Counted from the stretch's first letter, positions 53,545 through 63,157 are shown. The stretch is 64,000 nucleotides of DNA from Alphaproteobacteria bacterium (GCA_017502865.1 JAFVUD010000006.1:17699-81698), one strand, 5' to 3'. Notes: a model not told the origin generated them from the letters alone. Numbers and translations: made by a program.

Positions 53545-55187
53545 TGAAAAATTATGATGTGATTGTTATTGGGGGCGGACATGCCGGGGTAGAAGCCGCG
53601 GCAGCCGCAGCACGTCGTGGGGCAAAAACATTGTTGATGACCCAGGCGGAATCTGATTTGGGGGCACTGTCGTGCAACCCCAGTATTGGTGGCCCCGGTA
53701 AATCACAAATGGTGGCTGAAATAACCGCAATGGGCGGTGTTATGGGGCGGGCCGCCGACCGCAGTGGAATTCATTGGCGTACACTGAATGCGACACACGG
53801 TGCCGCAACCCAGGCTTTGCGTGCCCAGATTGACCGTGATTTATATCACAATGCAATTGTTGATATTTTGGGTGAATACGACAATCTGGATATTAAATTT
53901 GAACCTGTGGTCGATTTGGATATAGATGGTCGTACTGTAAATGGCAAATACAGTGCCAAATCCATTGTTTTAACGACTGGAACGTTCCTGGGTGGGGTTG
54001 TGACACGTGGAAACGAAAAAATCGCATCTGGACGGTTGCAGGACGATGGTACGTATCAGGCACCAGATAAAAATATTTCAAACATACTGCGGGCGGCGGG
54101 CTTTGAACTGTTGCGATTAAAGACAGGGACACCGGCACGCATTAAACGTGATTCCATAGATTTCACTGTATGCGAAGTGCAACCGGGTGACACACCACAT
54201 GATTGGTTCGCAGATGGTGATGAAAACAATAATTACGACAGTGTTTGTTATATAACCCATACAAACGAAAATACACACAATGTTATTCGTGAAAACATTA
54301 AAAACGCACCTATGTACAATGGTGACATTGTTGGAACAGGGCCACGTTATTGCCCCAGTCTGGAAGACAAGGTTATGCGTTTCCCAGAACACACATCGCA
54401 CCATGTATTCTTGGAACCAGAAGGTTTTGACAGCGATTTAATATACCCCAACGGTATTTCGACCAGTTTTGGTGCCGACGTCCAAGATATTTGGATTCGT
54501 ACTATACCGGGGCTGGAAAATGCAGAGATTGTGCGTTATGGGTATGCGATTGAATATGATGCGATTGATGCACGTAAATTAAACGACAGATTGCAATCCA
54601 AAGATATTCCACATATGTTCTTTGCGGGACAGATAAATGGTACATCGGGGTATGAAGAAGCCGCCGCCCAGGGGGTGGTTGCAGGCGCAAATGCCGCGGC
54701 ATATGCATGTGGGTTAGATTGGCTGGAATTAGATCGTACAAATGCGATGATTGGTGTGTTGGTTGATGATATAACCACACTGGGGGTAGATGAGCCATAT
54801 CGTATGTTCACGTCACGTGCAGAATACAGATTAAGCCTGCGTGCAGACAATGCCATCGCACGGTTGGGACCGATTGGGGTAAAATTAGGATTGTGTTCCC
54901 AAGATTGGTATGAAAAGATTTTAGCAGGCAAAACAGATATTATTGCCGAAAATGATAAATTCTATGCCGGTTATATTGCACGCAATGAACGTGAAATTGC
55001 GGCGTATAAACGTGATGCAGACCTGAAAATCCCAGTTGATTTTGTATATGATGGGTTGCCAGGACTGACCAATGAATTGATTGAAAAATTAAATGCGGTG
55101 CGGCCTGAAAATATAGCGGACCTGACCAGAATACCGGGAATGACACCGGCCGGGATTATGGTTGTTATGCGCCGGATAAAGGCATAG
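53544..55187 (+). CDS. mnmG: tRNA uridine-5-carboxymethylaminomethyl modification enzyme MnmG (GidA), short form
   Basis: YDVIVIGGGHAGVEAA FAD motif, ..GTGPRYCPSLEDK.., ..FFAGQINGTSGYEEAAAQG.. 547 aa, and my recollection is that MnmG is usually somewhat over 600 aa. Confidence 0.9.
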   Translation: MKNYDVIVIGGGHAGVEAAAAAARRGAKTLLMTQAESDLGALSCNPSIGGPGKSQMVAEITAMGGVMGRAADRSGIHWRTLNATHGAATQALRAQIDRDLYHNAIVDILGEYDNLDIKFEPVVDLDIDGRTVNGKYSAKSIVLTTGTFLGGVVTRGNEKIASGRLQDDGTYQAPDKNISNILRAAGFELLRLKTGTPARIKRDSIDFTVCEVQPGDTPHDWFADGDENNNYDSVCYITHTNENTHNVIRENIKNAPMYNGDIVGTGPRYCPSLEDKVMRFPEHTSHHVFLEPEGFDSDLIYPNGISTSFGADVQDIWIRTIPGLENAEIVRYGYAIEYDAIDARKLNDRLQSKDIPHMFFAGQINGTSGYEEAAAQGVVAGANAAAYACGLDWLELDRTNAMIGVLVDDITTLGVDEPYRMFTSRAEYRLSLRADNAIARLGPIGVKLGLCSQDWYEKILAGKTDIIAENDKFYAGYIARNEREIAAYKRDADLKIPVDFVYDGLPGLTNELIEKLNAVRPENIADLTRIPGMTPAGIMVVMRRIKA

Positions 55188-55189
55188 CA

Positions 55190-55768
55190 ATGAAATACGA
55201 TGAAATCATAAATAAAATTAAATGCGGTGAAATTTATTCACAATACAGCCACAGCAATAAAATTGACCGGGTAAATGGCCATGATTTCTTGCAGTTTGAT
55301 TGCAGTGGGTTTGTTGCCTGGTACATTGGAATTAATGGATATCTGCGTGCATTGGCCGAAGTACGCAACCAATTAAAAGATACAGATTTTATAAAAGTAA
55401 ATCGTTTCTATTGTCAGGATTTTGAACGTTTCTATCAAAATTCGGGCAATTTGAAATACTGGGAAATTCATAAGGATATTTTTGATATAAAACTAGGCGA
55501 TATATTGGTTGTTGTGTACGATGATGCAAACGGCCATATGATGATTGTTGATAGTATATTGGGGCGCAATGAAAATACATTAGAATTGCGAATTGTTGAT
55601 TCAACACGTTTACACCATAAAAACGACACACGCAGTGGTGAACAAACTGGGATTGGATGTGGTGATATAAAAATTACAAAATCGGGCAATAATATCGTCT
55701 ATGATTCACAGAACCCAGACCGCACACCAGCGACTGTAAATATTTATATTGCCAGGGCAATTAAATAA
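55190..55768 (+). CDS. NlpC/P60-like (papain-fold Cys/His) protein without signal peptide
   Basis: ..LQFDCSGFVAWYIG.. (candidate catalytic Cys) and ..GDILVVVYDDANGHMMIVDS.. (candidate His). The ATG is 2 nt after the mnmG TAG. Confidence 0.5.
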   Translation: MKYDEIINKIKCGEIYSQYSHSNKIDRVNGHDFLQFDCSGFVAWYIGINGYLRALAEVRNQLKDTDFIKVNRFYCQDFERFYQNSGNLKYWEIHKDIFDIKLGDILVVVYDDANGHMMIVDSILGRNENTLELRIVDSTRLHHKNDTRSGEQTGIGCGDIKITKSGNNIVYDSQNPDRTPATVNIYIARAIK

Positions 55769-55810
55769 TACTGGAAATGGGTGGAAATTTGTTTTACAGT
55801 CGGGGGCGTG

Positions 55811-55886
55811 GCCGGTGTAGCTCAGCTGGTAGAGCATCTCATTCGTAATGAGGGGGTCGCAGGTTCAAGTCCTGTCACCGGCACCA
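55811..55886 (+). tRNA. tRNA-Thr (anticodon CGU)
   Basis: GCCGGTGTAGCTCAGCTGGTAGAGCATCTCATTCGTAATGAGGGGGTCGCAGGTTCAAGTCCTGTCACCGGCACCA. Anticodon loop TTCGTAA. Confidence 0.92.
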
Positions 55887-55892
55887 GTTATT

Positions 55893-55917
55893 AAATCCCC
55901 GTTTGGGGATTTTTTTA
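55893..55917 (+). terminator. Terminator after tRNA-Thr
   Basis: ATCCCC-GTTT-GGGGAT then T6. Confidence 0.75.
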
Positions 55918-55934
55918 TTTGTGTGTATCTGTGC

Positions 55935-55963
55935 TTGATTTTTGTCAAAATACATTGTAATGT
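55935..55963 (+). promoter_or_regulatory. Promoter of the ileS leader
   Basis: TTGATT (55935-40), 17 nt, TAATGT (55958-63), 9 nt, ATG (55973). Confidence 0.5.
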
Positions 55964-55972
55964 GTGGGGCAG

Positions 55973-56005
55973 ATGAAACAGACAACAATAATTATTATTA
56001 AATAA
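55973..56005 (+). CDS. Ile-rich leader peptide MKQTTIIIIK (candidate ileS attenuator peptide)
   Basis: ATG AAA CAG ACA ACA ATA ATT ATT ATT AAA TAA. Sits between the promoter and a terminator immediately upstream of ileS. Confidence 0.6.
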   Translation: MKQTTIIIIK

Positions 56006-56031
56006 AGGCACACTGCGCTTTGGCGGTGGCT

Positions 56032-56054
56032 GGGGCGCATGGGCGCCTTTTTTT
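56032..56054 (+). terminator. Attenuator terminator in the ileS leader
   Basis: GGCGC (56034-38) / GCGCC (56043-47) with loop ATGG, extendable by G-U pairs, then T7 (56048-54), 22 nt before the ileS ATG. Confidence 0.6.
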
Positions 56055-56076
56055 AATAGAATAACGGAGTAATAAA

Positions 56077-59000
56077 ATGGCATATCATAAAACAGACGCT
56101 AAGGCCAATTTCCCGCAGTTAGAGCAGGAAGTTATGCAATACTGGCGGGAAAATAATACATTCCAAAAATCATTAGACAATACAAAACAGGGACATCCGT
56201 TCAGTTTCTATGATGGCCCCCCGTTTGCAAATGGGTTGCCACACTGGGGACATTTGGGTGTGTCGGCGGTTAAAGATATGGTGTCCAGATACCAGACCAT
56301 GAATGGCAAACATGTTGTACGTGAACTGGGGTGGGATTGCCATGGTTTGCCGGCTGAAAATTCTGTTGAAAAGAAACAGGGCAGGGCCGCCAAAGATATC
56401 GTTGCGTCTGACGGTATTGCGGCGTTCTGTGATATGTGCCGTGGCGACGTTATGACATATGCGACCGAATGGGAAAGATTTATTGAACGTATGGGCCGCT
56501 GGGTCAAGGTTGGCGATGATTATGGTTATAAAACCATGAATAAAAACTATATGGAATCCATGCTGTGGACACTGAAATCACTGTATGAAAAAGGATTGTT
56601 GTACAAAGATTACAGCGTAAATCCATATGACTGGGTAAATGGTACGGTTGTTTCTAATTCCGAAGCATCACAGGATTATCGTGAAATTGTTGATGATGCT
56701 GTGACTGTTTGGTTCGAATTGGAAAATGGCGACCGGGTTATTGCATGGACAACAACACCATGGACATTGCCTGCAAACAGTGCGTTGGCGGTTAATCCAA
56801 ATATGGAATATCTGCGTATGCAGGATAATGATGGGGCTGTTTATGTCGTTGCAGAAAGCCGCCTAAAGGCATATGAAAAGCAATTCGCAAACGCAACCGA
56901 AATTGGTCGTGTCAAAGGGGCAGATTTGGCGGGTATGCACTATACACCATTGTTCCCATATTATGCGGGGCAATCTGATTTGCTGTTCCGGGTAATACCG
57001 GCGGATTATGTTTCCGACAGTGACGGTACAGGTATCGTTCATATTGCACCAGCGTATGGGGCAGATGACTTCTGGGCGGCAAAAAACATCGACCCACATT
57101 TCCCAGTACTGTTGAATGTTGATACATACGGGAACTTTGATGAAACTGTGTTGGATTTTGCCGGTGAAAATATTTTCGCAGCAACACCAAAGATTCTGGA
57201 TTGGTTAAAGGTAAATGGAAAACTGGTCAAAAAAGAACAGTATAAGCATTCGTATCCATTTGGTGACCGCAGTAAAGAAAAACTGATTTATCGTGCAACA
57301 GATTCGTGGTATATCGATGTGCCAAAAATCAAAGATAAACTGTTGGCGAATAATGCAAAGGTTAACTGGACATCGGCGGGTGAACGATTCCGTTCATGGA
57401 TTGAAAACGCACGTCCATGGTCTATTTCCCGTAATCGTTTCTGGGGTATGCCATTGCCAATTTGGGAAAAAGACGGCGAAATCAAAGTTTTTGGTTCAAT
57501 CGCAGAACTGGAAGAATTCTTTGGGGTTAAGGTAGAAGACCTGCACCGACCAACATTAGACAAACTGACCAAAGACGGTTGGACACGTATTAGTGACGTT
57601 TTAGACTGTTGGGTGGAAAGTGGTTCTATGCCATGGGCATCGTTGCACTATCCATTTGAAAACCAGGATAAATTCAATGCAACATTCCCAGCAGATTATA
57701 TTATCGAAGGACAAGACCAGACACGTGGTTGGTTCTATGCGTTGATGGTGTTGGCAACAGCGTTGTTTGACAAACCGGCATTTATGAATGTGTCTGCAAA
57801 TGGTATGGTGGTTGACGAAAACAAAAAGAAGTTTTCTAAGTCACTGAAAAACTTTGTAAATCCAGAACAGCAGATTGAACAATTCGGTGCAGATGCAATT
57901 CGTTTGTTCATTTTGGGTTCTAATTTCATGAAAGCGGAACCAGTGCCAGTTGATAAAGAAGGTAAAGTGTTTGCAGAATCTACCAAGACTATCCAGACAC
58001 CGCTGTGGAATGCGTATCACTTCTTTACACTGTATGCAAACGCAGGAAACATTGTTGCATCAGGCAAGACAGATTCCAGCAATGCATTGGATAAATACAT
58101 TTTGGCAGAATTAAATGTTTTAACCGGGGTGGTTCGTGATGCGCTGGACGAATATAAACCAGATGTGGCGGTCAAAGAATTTGTTCGATTCTTGGACGTA
58201 TTAAACAACTGGTACATAAGACGTGGTCGTGCACGTTTCTGGGACGAAGAACAGGCGGCATTTGATACGTTGCATTACGTGTTGGTCACACTGTGTCAAT
58301 TGTTGGCACCGTTTGCACCATTTGCAACAGAATATATCTATCGCAATTTGACCGGTAATGAATCTGTGCATTTGACACAATTCCCAGTAGCAGGTGATGT
58401 TGATATGAAGATTGTAGATGATATGCGTCGTGTACAATCGGTTGTATCGGTTGGAAAACAATTACGTGAACAATATAAACTGCGTAATCGTTTGCCGTTG
58501 AATTCAATGACCGTGGCGGGGGCTGATTTGTCACAATATGCCGATATTATCCGTGATGAACTGAATGTAAAATCAGTTAAATTCGTTAAAAATGTCGATG
58601 ATGTGTCAGACAGTTTTGTGTACCTGATTACACCAAAGATTGGGGCACGTTTGGGCGGGGCATTAAAAGAAATTATCCCGGCTGTTAAACGTGGGGAATA
58701 TGAAATCAATGGTGAAAATTTGGTTGCAGGTGGCCATACACTGAATCCAGATGAATTTGAAAACCGTTTGACCGTTAAAGACGGTGTGACGGGTGCCGCA
58801 TTGCCAGATAATACAGCGGTGGTGGTTCTGGATACAGAAGTCAGTGCAGACCTGGTCGCAGAAGGGTTGGCGAATGATGCGTTGCGTTTTATCCAAGATA
58901 CACGCAAGACAGCCGGACTGGAAGTATCAGATCGCATCGTATTGACATATGCCGCAGATCCTGCGTTGGCGATTGCAATTGACCAGCATAAAAAACGTAT

Positions 59001-59100
59001 CATGCGTGATGCACTGATTGTTGATATGCAGGTGGGCGATGGCGAATACGATACAGAAATCGAAGGTTATTCGTTCAGTATTTCTGTACACAAGGCATAG
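56077..59100 (+). CDS. ileS: Isoleucyl-tRNA synthetase (type 2, eukaryote-like form)
   Basis: 1007 aa with HIGH-type PPFANGLPHWGHL, KMSKS-type KKFSKSLKN and a CP1 editing domain. SD GGAG. Confidence 0.95.
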   Translation: MAYHKTDAKANFPQLEQEVMQYWRENNTFQKSLDNTKQGHPFSFYDGPPFANGLPHWGHLGVSAVKDMVSRYQTMNGKHVVRELGWDCHGLPAENSVEKKQGRAAKDIVASDGIAAFCDMCRGDVMTYATEWERFIERMGRWVKVGDDYGYKTMNKNYMESMLWTLKSLYEKGLLYKDYSVNPYDWVNGTVVSNSEASQDYREIVDDAVTVWFELENGDRVIAWTTTPWTLPANSALAVNPNMEYLRMQDNDGAVYVVAESRLKAYEKQFANATEIGRVKGADLAGMHYTPLFPYYAGQSDLLFRVIPADYVSDSDGTGIVHIAPAYGADDFWAAKNIDPHFPVLLNVDTYGNFDETVLDFAGENIFAATPKILDWLKVNGKLVKKEQYKHSYPFGDRSKEKLIYRATDSWYIDVPKIKDKLLANNAKVNWTSAGERFRSWIENARPWSISRNRFWGMPLPIWEKDGEIKVFGSIAELEEFFGVKVEDLHRPTLDKLTKDGWTRISDVLDCWVESGSMPWASLHYPFENQDKFNATFPADYIIEGQDQTRGWFYALMVLATALFDKPAFMNVSANGMVVDENKKKFSKSLKNFVNPEQQIEQFGADAIRLFILGSNFMKAEPVPVDKEGKVFAESTKTIQTPLWNAYHFFTLYANAGNIVASGKTDSSNALDKYILAELNVLTGVVRDALDEYKPDVAVKEFVRFLDVLNNWYIRRGRARFWDEEQAAFDTLHYVLVTLCQLLAPFAPFATEYIYRNLTGNESVHLTQFPVAGDVDMKIVDDMRRVQSVVSVGKQLREQYKLRNRLPLNSMTVAGADLSQYADIIRDELNVKSVKFVKNVDDVSDSFVYLITPKIGARLGGALKEIIPAVKRGEYEINGENLVAGGHTLNPDEFENRLTVKDGVTGAALPDNTAVVVLDTEVSADLVAEGLANDALRFIQDTRKTAGLEVSDRIVLTYAADPALAIAIDQHKKRIMRDALIVDMQVGDGEYDTEIEGYSFSISVHKA

Positions 59101-59108
59101 GAAAAACA

Positions 59109-59756
59109 ATGCTGACACCGCAAAGATATTTTGATTTGGTTCCAGATACAGTCGATATGACAATTCGGTCAGAACTGTATCATACAAATGAATTTAACTT
59201 TGCGGTGGCGGTTATTCTGTCCGCCCAGGCCACTGATAAAAAAGTGAATGAAGTAACACCAGAACTGTTTCGGGTGGCACCAACGCCACAAAAAATGTTG
59301 GAACTGGGGATAGATGGACTGAAAAATCATATCAAGGTTATTTCGTTCTTTAATAACAAGGCCAAGAATATTATCGCATTGGCTGAAACACTGGCGGCGG
59401 AAAATATTACAGATACTTTCCCGGAAAAATTTCATAATCGTGATGCGTTGATGAAATTGCCGGGAATTGGGCAAAAGACCGCTAATGTCGTTTGCAATGT
59501 TTTATGGGGTGCACCGAATATTGGGGTGGATACACATGTTTTCCGCAATGCACACAGATATGGTTGGGTTGACGATACAGACAATACGCCAGAAAAAGTC
59601 GAAGCCAAGTTATTGAAAAAAATTCCAAAAAAATATCACCCAATTGTTAATCATGTAATGGTTTTACATGGTCGCTATGTGTGCAAGGCGTTACGGCCCG
59701 AATGTGAAAAATGTCCGGTTGCCAAATGGTGTAATGCCACGGACAAAAAAATATAA
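59109..59756 (+). CDS. nth: Endonuclease III
   Basis: HhH-GPD ..LMKLPGIGQKTANVV.. and Fe-S cluster CKALRPECEKCPVAKWC. Confidence 0.9.
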   Translation: MLTPQRYFDLVPDTVDMTIRSELYHTNEFNFAVAVILSAQATDKKVNEVTPELFRVAPTPQKMLELGIDGLKNHIKVISFFNNKAKNIIALAETLAAENITDTFPEKFHNRDALMKLPGIGQKTANVVCNVLWGAPNIGVDTHVFRNAHRYGWVDDTDNTPEKVEAKLLKKIPKKYHPIVNHVMVLHGRYVCKALRPECEKCPVAKWCNATDKKI

Positions 59757-59759
59757 TAA

Positions 59760-59785
59760 AAAGGCCGGCATTTGCCGGTCTTTTT
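59760..59785. terminator. Bidirectional terminator (nth / pheT)
   Basis: GGCCGGC-ATTT-GCCGGTC then T5. A TTTTTTTCAACA motif follows at 59790-801. Confidence 0.7.
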
Positions 59786-59802
59786 ATGCTTTTTTTCAAC
59801 AA

Positions 59803-62106
59803 TTATTTATCACGGATTTTCGCATTGCATTTCTTTTCAACAGATTCAATAACCGATGTCTGGATTTTCTGCAAATCTGTATCAGACATGTTGTCGGTTG
59901 GCTGAATTGTGATTGTGAACGCAATTGATTTATTGCCGTCCGCCAAATCAAACGCATCAAATACGACCACATTTGTAATACGTGAATCGGCCGAACGGGC
60001 AACACCGGTCAATTTTTCCGCCGGTGTGTCTGCATCTACGATAAACGCAAAGTCACGGGTTATTGGCTGGAATTCAGACAATGTTGGCTGTTTCCCGCCA
60101 CGACGTGTTGGCAATACGGTTATATCTTCGACAATGGCGATAACTGTATTGGTTTTAATACGCAATTTTTTCGCCACAGACGGGTGTAATTCACCAAACT
60201 GGGCCAGTACACGTTTACCCTGGACAATCGCACCATAGCGGAACGGATGCGCCCATTTTGGGGCATTGGTTGTATCGACTGTAAAGCGTTGACCGTTGAA
60301 CAATGAAATCAGGTCGGCTTTGACATCATAAACATCGACATCACGGTTGCGACCGGTCCAATGCTTTGGTGATGTGGCGCCGGTACGGACAATGCACAGT
60401 GATGTATGTTCCATATTTGGTTCATCACCGTCAAACACAACACCCAATTCAAACAGGTTCAAATCTGGGTAACCACGTTTTTCATTGCTTGAAACGGCAG
60501 TCAACAGCCCGTACAACAATCCATTACGCAATGTGTCCAGTTCTGTGGTGATTGGGTTGGCAATTTTTACAATCGGTTTGTCGGTCAGGATTTCTTCCAC
60601 CGATGAATTGCCAAAGCCAAACGAACGACATTCGTTCAATCCACGGGCAACCAATGCGTTTTTGATATTCATTTCATGCATATCATGTGGCTTTGCATTG
60701 CCGGTTGTGTGTCCAGTTGCGGTTGCGATTTTTTCATAGCCATAAATACGCAATAAATCCGCCACAACTGTTTCTGGGATTTCGACATCTACACGGGCAG
60801 GACGTGGGACCAATGTCCATTTGTCGCCATTTTCTGTGATTGTATAACCCAAACGTTTCAGGATTTCCCGCTGGGTGGCAGATGGCATATCAATACCAGT
60901 TTTGTTCATGAAATATGATGGGGTGTATTCGATTTGTACATTTGGTGCGGCATCGGTGCCGGCTGCAAATGTGCCAACGATTTTGCCACCACATTCATTC
61001 ATAATGATTTCGGCAGCACGCATTGCACAGGTGCCTGTGATTGTTGGGTCAATGCCACGTTCATAGCGATATGACGCATCGGTTGATATACCCAATCTTT
61101 TTGCGGATTTGCGAACAGACACGGGGTCAAAATACGCAGATTCTAAAATAATATTTTTGGTGTTTTCGGTTGTGGAACCACGTGCACCACCAATTACACC
61201 CGCCAATGCCAATATGCCAGAATTATCAGCAATAACCATATCGTTTTCGGTCAATTCGTGTTCACCACCAAACAGGTCTGTGAATTTTTCATGAGGCAGG
61301 GCCATACGCACAATGATATTGCCGTCTATTTCATCTGCATCAAAGCAGTGCATAGGCTGGGCCATGTCATAACAGATATAATTTGTAGCATCGATTGCTG
61401 CGTTTTTAGGGTTGATACCAATGGCCGCCAAACGTGATGCAATTGTTTTATTGCTGGGGGCGATTTTTACGCCATGGATTTCAACCAATTTGTATGCACG
61501 GCATTTGTCTGTTTTAATTTCAACAGAACGTGTGCCAGATACAGATTTGAATTCTGGGTCAGTTGGGGCGATATATTCACCAATGGCGGACGCAGACAAA
61601 TCCAACGCAATTCCACGTACAGACAGATAATCTGGACGATTTGGGGTAATGCCGGCATCAAATACTGTTTTTGTTTCAATAACAGGTGTGCCAACAACAC
61701 TGTCCGCTGGTAATTCGATAATACCACTGTGGTCATCGCCAATACCCAATTCACGGGCACTGCACATCATGCCGTCTGATAAAACGCCACGCAATTTGCC
61801 AGATGTGATTTCATGGCCACCAATTATGCAACCCGGTACCGCCAAGGCGGACTTTAAACCAACACGTGCATTTGGGGCACCACATACAACCTGGCGCAGG
61901 GTTTTAGAACCATCGTTCACCATTAAAACATGTAAATGGTCGCTGTTTTCATGTGGTTTACATTCAACAATTTCCGCCACAATTGGGGACAGTGGGGATT
62001 GCAAGTCTTCTACTTCTAGCCCGATGCGGGTCAGGGTATCTGCAATCACATCAGGTGTTGCGTCTGTTTTCAAATAATCTAATAACCAATCATATGTCCA
62101 TTTCAT
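59803..62106 (-). CDS. pheT: Phenylalanyl-tRNA synthetase beta subunit
   Basis: 767 aa with an N-terminal tRNA-binding domain (..IVAEIVECKPHENSDHLHVLMVNDG..), B3/4, B5 and a C-terminal anticodon-binding domain. Confidence 0.92.
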   Translation of the reverse strand: MKWTYDWLLDYLKTDATPDVIADTLTRIGLEVEDLQSPLSPIVAEIVECKPHENSDHLHVLMVNDGSKTLRQVVCGAPNARVGLKSALAVPGCIIGGHEITSGKLRGVLSDGMMCSARELGIGDDHSGIIELPADSVVGTPVIETKTVFDAGITPNRPDYLSVRGIALDLSASAIGEYIAPTDPEFKSVSGTRSVEIKTDKCRAYKLVEIHGVKIAPSNKTIASRLAAIGINPKNAAIDATNYICYDMAQPMHCFDADEIDGNIIVRMALPHEKFTDLFGGEHELTENDMVIADNSGILALAGVIGGARGSTTENTKNIILESAYFDPVSVRKSAKRLGISTDASYRYERGIDPTITGTCAMRAAEIIMNECGGKIVGTFAAGTDAAPNVQIEYTPSYFMNKTGIDMPSATQREILKRLGYTITENGDKWTLVPRPARVDVEIPETVVADLLRIYGYEKIATATGHTTGNAKPHDMHEMNIKNALVARGLNECRSFGFGNSSVEEILTDKPIVKIANPITTELDTLRNGLLYGLLTAVSSNEKRGYPDLNLFELGVVFDGDEPNMEHTSLCIVRTGATSPKHWTGRNRDVDVYDVKADLISLFNGQRFTVDTTNAPKWAHPFRYGAIVQGKRVLAQFGELHPSVAKKLRIKTNTVIAIVEDITVLPTRRGGKQPTLSEFQPITRDFAFIVDADTPAEKLTGVARSADSRITNVVVFDAFDLADGNKSIAFTITIQPTDNMSDTDLQKIQTSVIESVEKKCNAKIRDK

Positions 62107-62121
62107 TTTAATACCCCCAAA

Positions 62122-63069
62122 TTAGAAACCTGTGTGTGACAACCAACGAACATCGTTATCATAAAACTGACGAATGTCGTTCAGGCCATATTTTAACATT
62201 GCCAATCTGTCCCAACCAAAACCAAAGGCAAAGCCCTGGTACACATTGGGGTCTATGCCGCAATTACGCAGAACATTTGGATGAACCATACCGGCCCCCA
62301 TGATTTCCAACCATTTGCCACCCTGCCATTTTAAATCGACTTCGATAGATGGGTCGGTAAATGGAAAGTATGATGGACGGATACGCAATTCGACATTGTC
62401 CATTTCGAAAAAGCGTGATAAAAATGCACGGATATCTGCAACCAAATCAGACATTGTGATGTTTTTGTTGATATACAAACCTTCGATTTGGTGGAACATA
62501 GGACTGTGTGTGGCGTCCATTTCTTTGCGATATGTAGAACCAATACCAAACATTTTAATTGGCACACCATCACGTTCCATTGCACGAATTTGAATGGCAG
62601 ATGTCTGGGTACGCAGTACATTGCCATTTGGCAGGAAGAAAGTATCCTGCATATCACGGGCAGGGTGATGGGCCGGTGTATTCAATGCGGTAAAGTTATG
62701 CCAGTCGTCTTCGACCTGGGGACCGGTGTACATTGTATAGCCAAACGATTCCAAAATAGATGCGATTTCTGTCAGGCTTTGTGTCAATGGATGCAATGTG
62801 CCACGGTTTTCAGGCATTGGATTTAACGACATATCCAATTTCTGTTTTGACAAAGACGCCATTAAAACAGCGTTTTCAATTTCAGTTTGACGTGTTTTGA
62901 ACAATTCACGCAATGTCTGGTTTTCCAGATTTAACGCAGCACGTGCATCGTTGTCCAGATTCTTCATTTCTTTCAGGCGGGCGGTCATTGTGCCGTTTTT
63001 ACCGAATGTTGCGGTATACAGCGCCTGAAGTTCTTCAAGTGTATTTATGTTTTTTATTTGTTCTTGCAT
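62122..63069 (-). CDS. pheS: Phenylalanyl-tRNA synthetase alpha subunit
   Basis: Class II motifs (..HPARDMQDTFF.., ..FHQIEGL.., ..GFAFGFGWDRLAML..). Short at 315 aa. Confidence 0.92.
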   Translation of the reverse strand: MQEQIKNINTLEELQALYTATFGKNGTMTARLKEMKNLDNDARAALNLENQTLRELFKTRQTEIENAVLMASLSKQKLDMSLNPMPENRGTLHPLTQSLTEIASILESFGYTMYTGPQVEDDWHNFTALNTPAHHPARDMQDTFFLPNGNVLRTQTSAIQIRAMERDGVPIKMFGIGSTYRKEMDATHSPMFHQIEGLYINKNITMSDLVADIRAFLSRFFEMDNVELRIRPSYFPFTDPSIEVDLKWQGGKWLEIMGAGMVHPNVLRNCGIDPNVYQGFAFGFGWDRLAMLKYGLNDIRQFYDNDVRWLSHTGF

Positions 63070-63093
63070 AACTGTACCTATCTAAATTCATGT

Positions 63094-63123
63094 ATAAATA
63101 AAAGCCGTCTATTGACGGCTTTT
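63094..63123 (-). terminator. Internal terminator/attenuator between rplT and pheS
   Basis: Minus strand AAAAGCCGTC-AATA-GACGGC then TTTTATTTAT. Only about 24 nt remain before the pheS ATG. Confidence 0.6.
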
Positions 63124-63157
63124 ATTATGACAAAACAAATGCCCCACCGACAAGGGT

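Noticed and set aside
63070-63157. pheM-like Phe-rich leader peptide upstream of pheS.
   Set aside because: All three frames were read. The only short ORFs contain at most one Phe codon.
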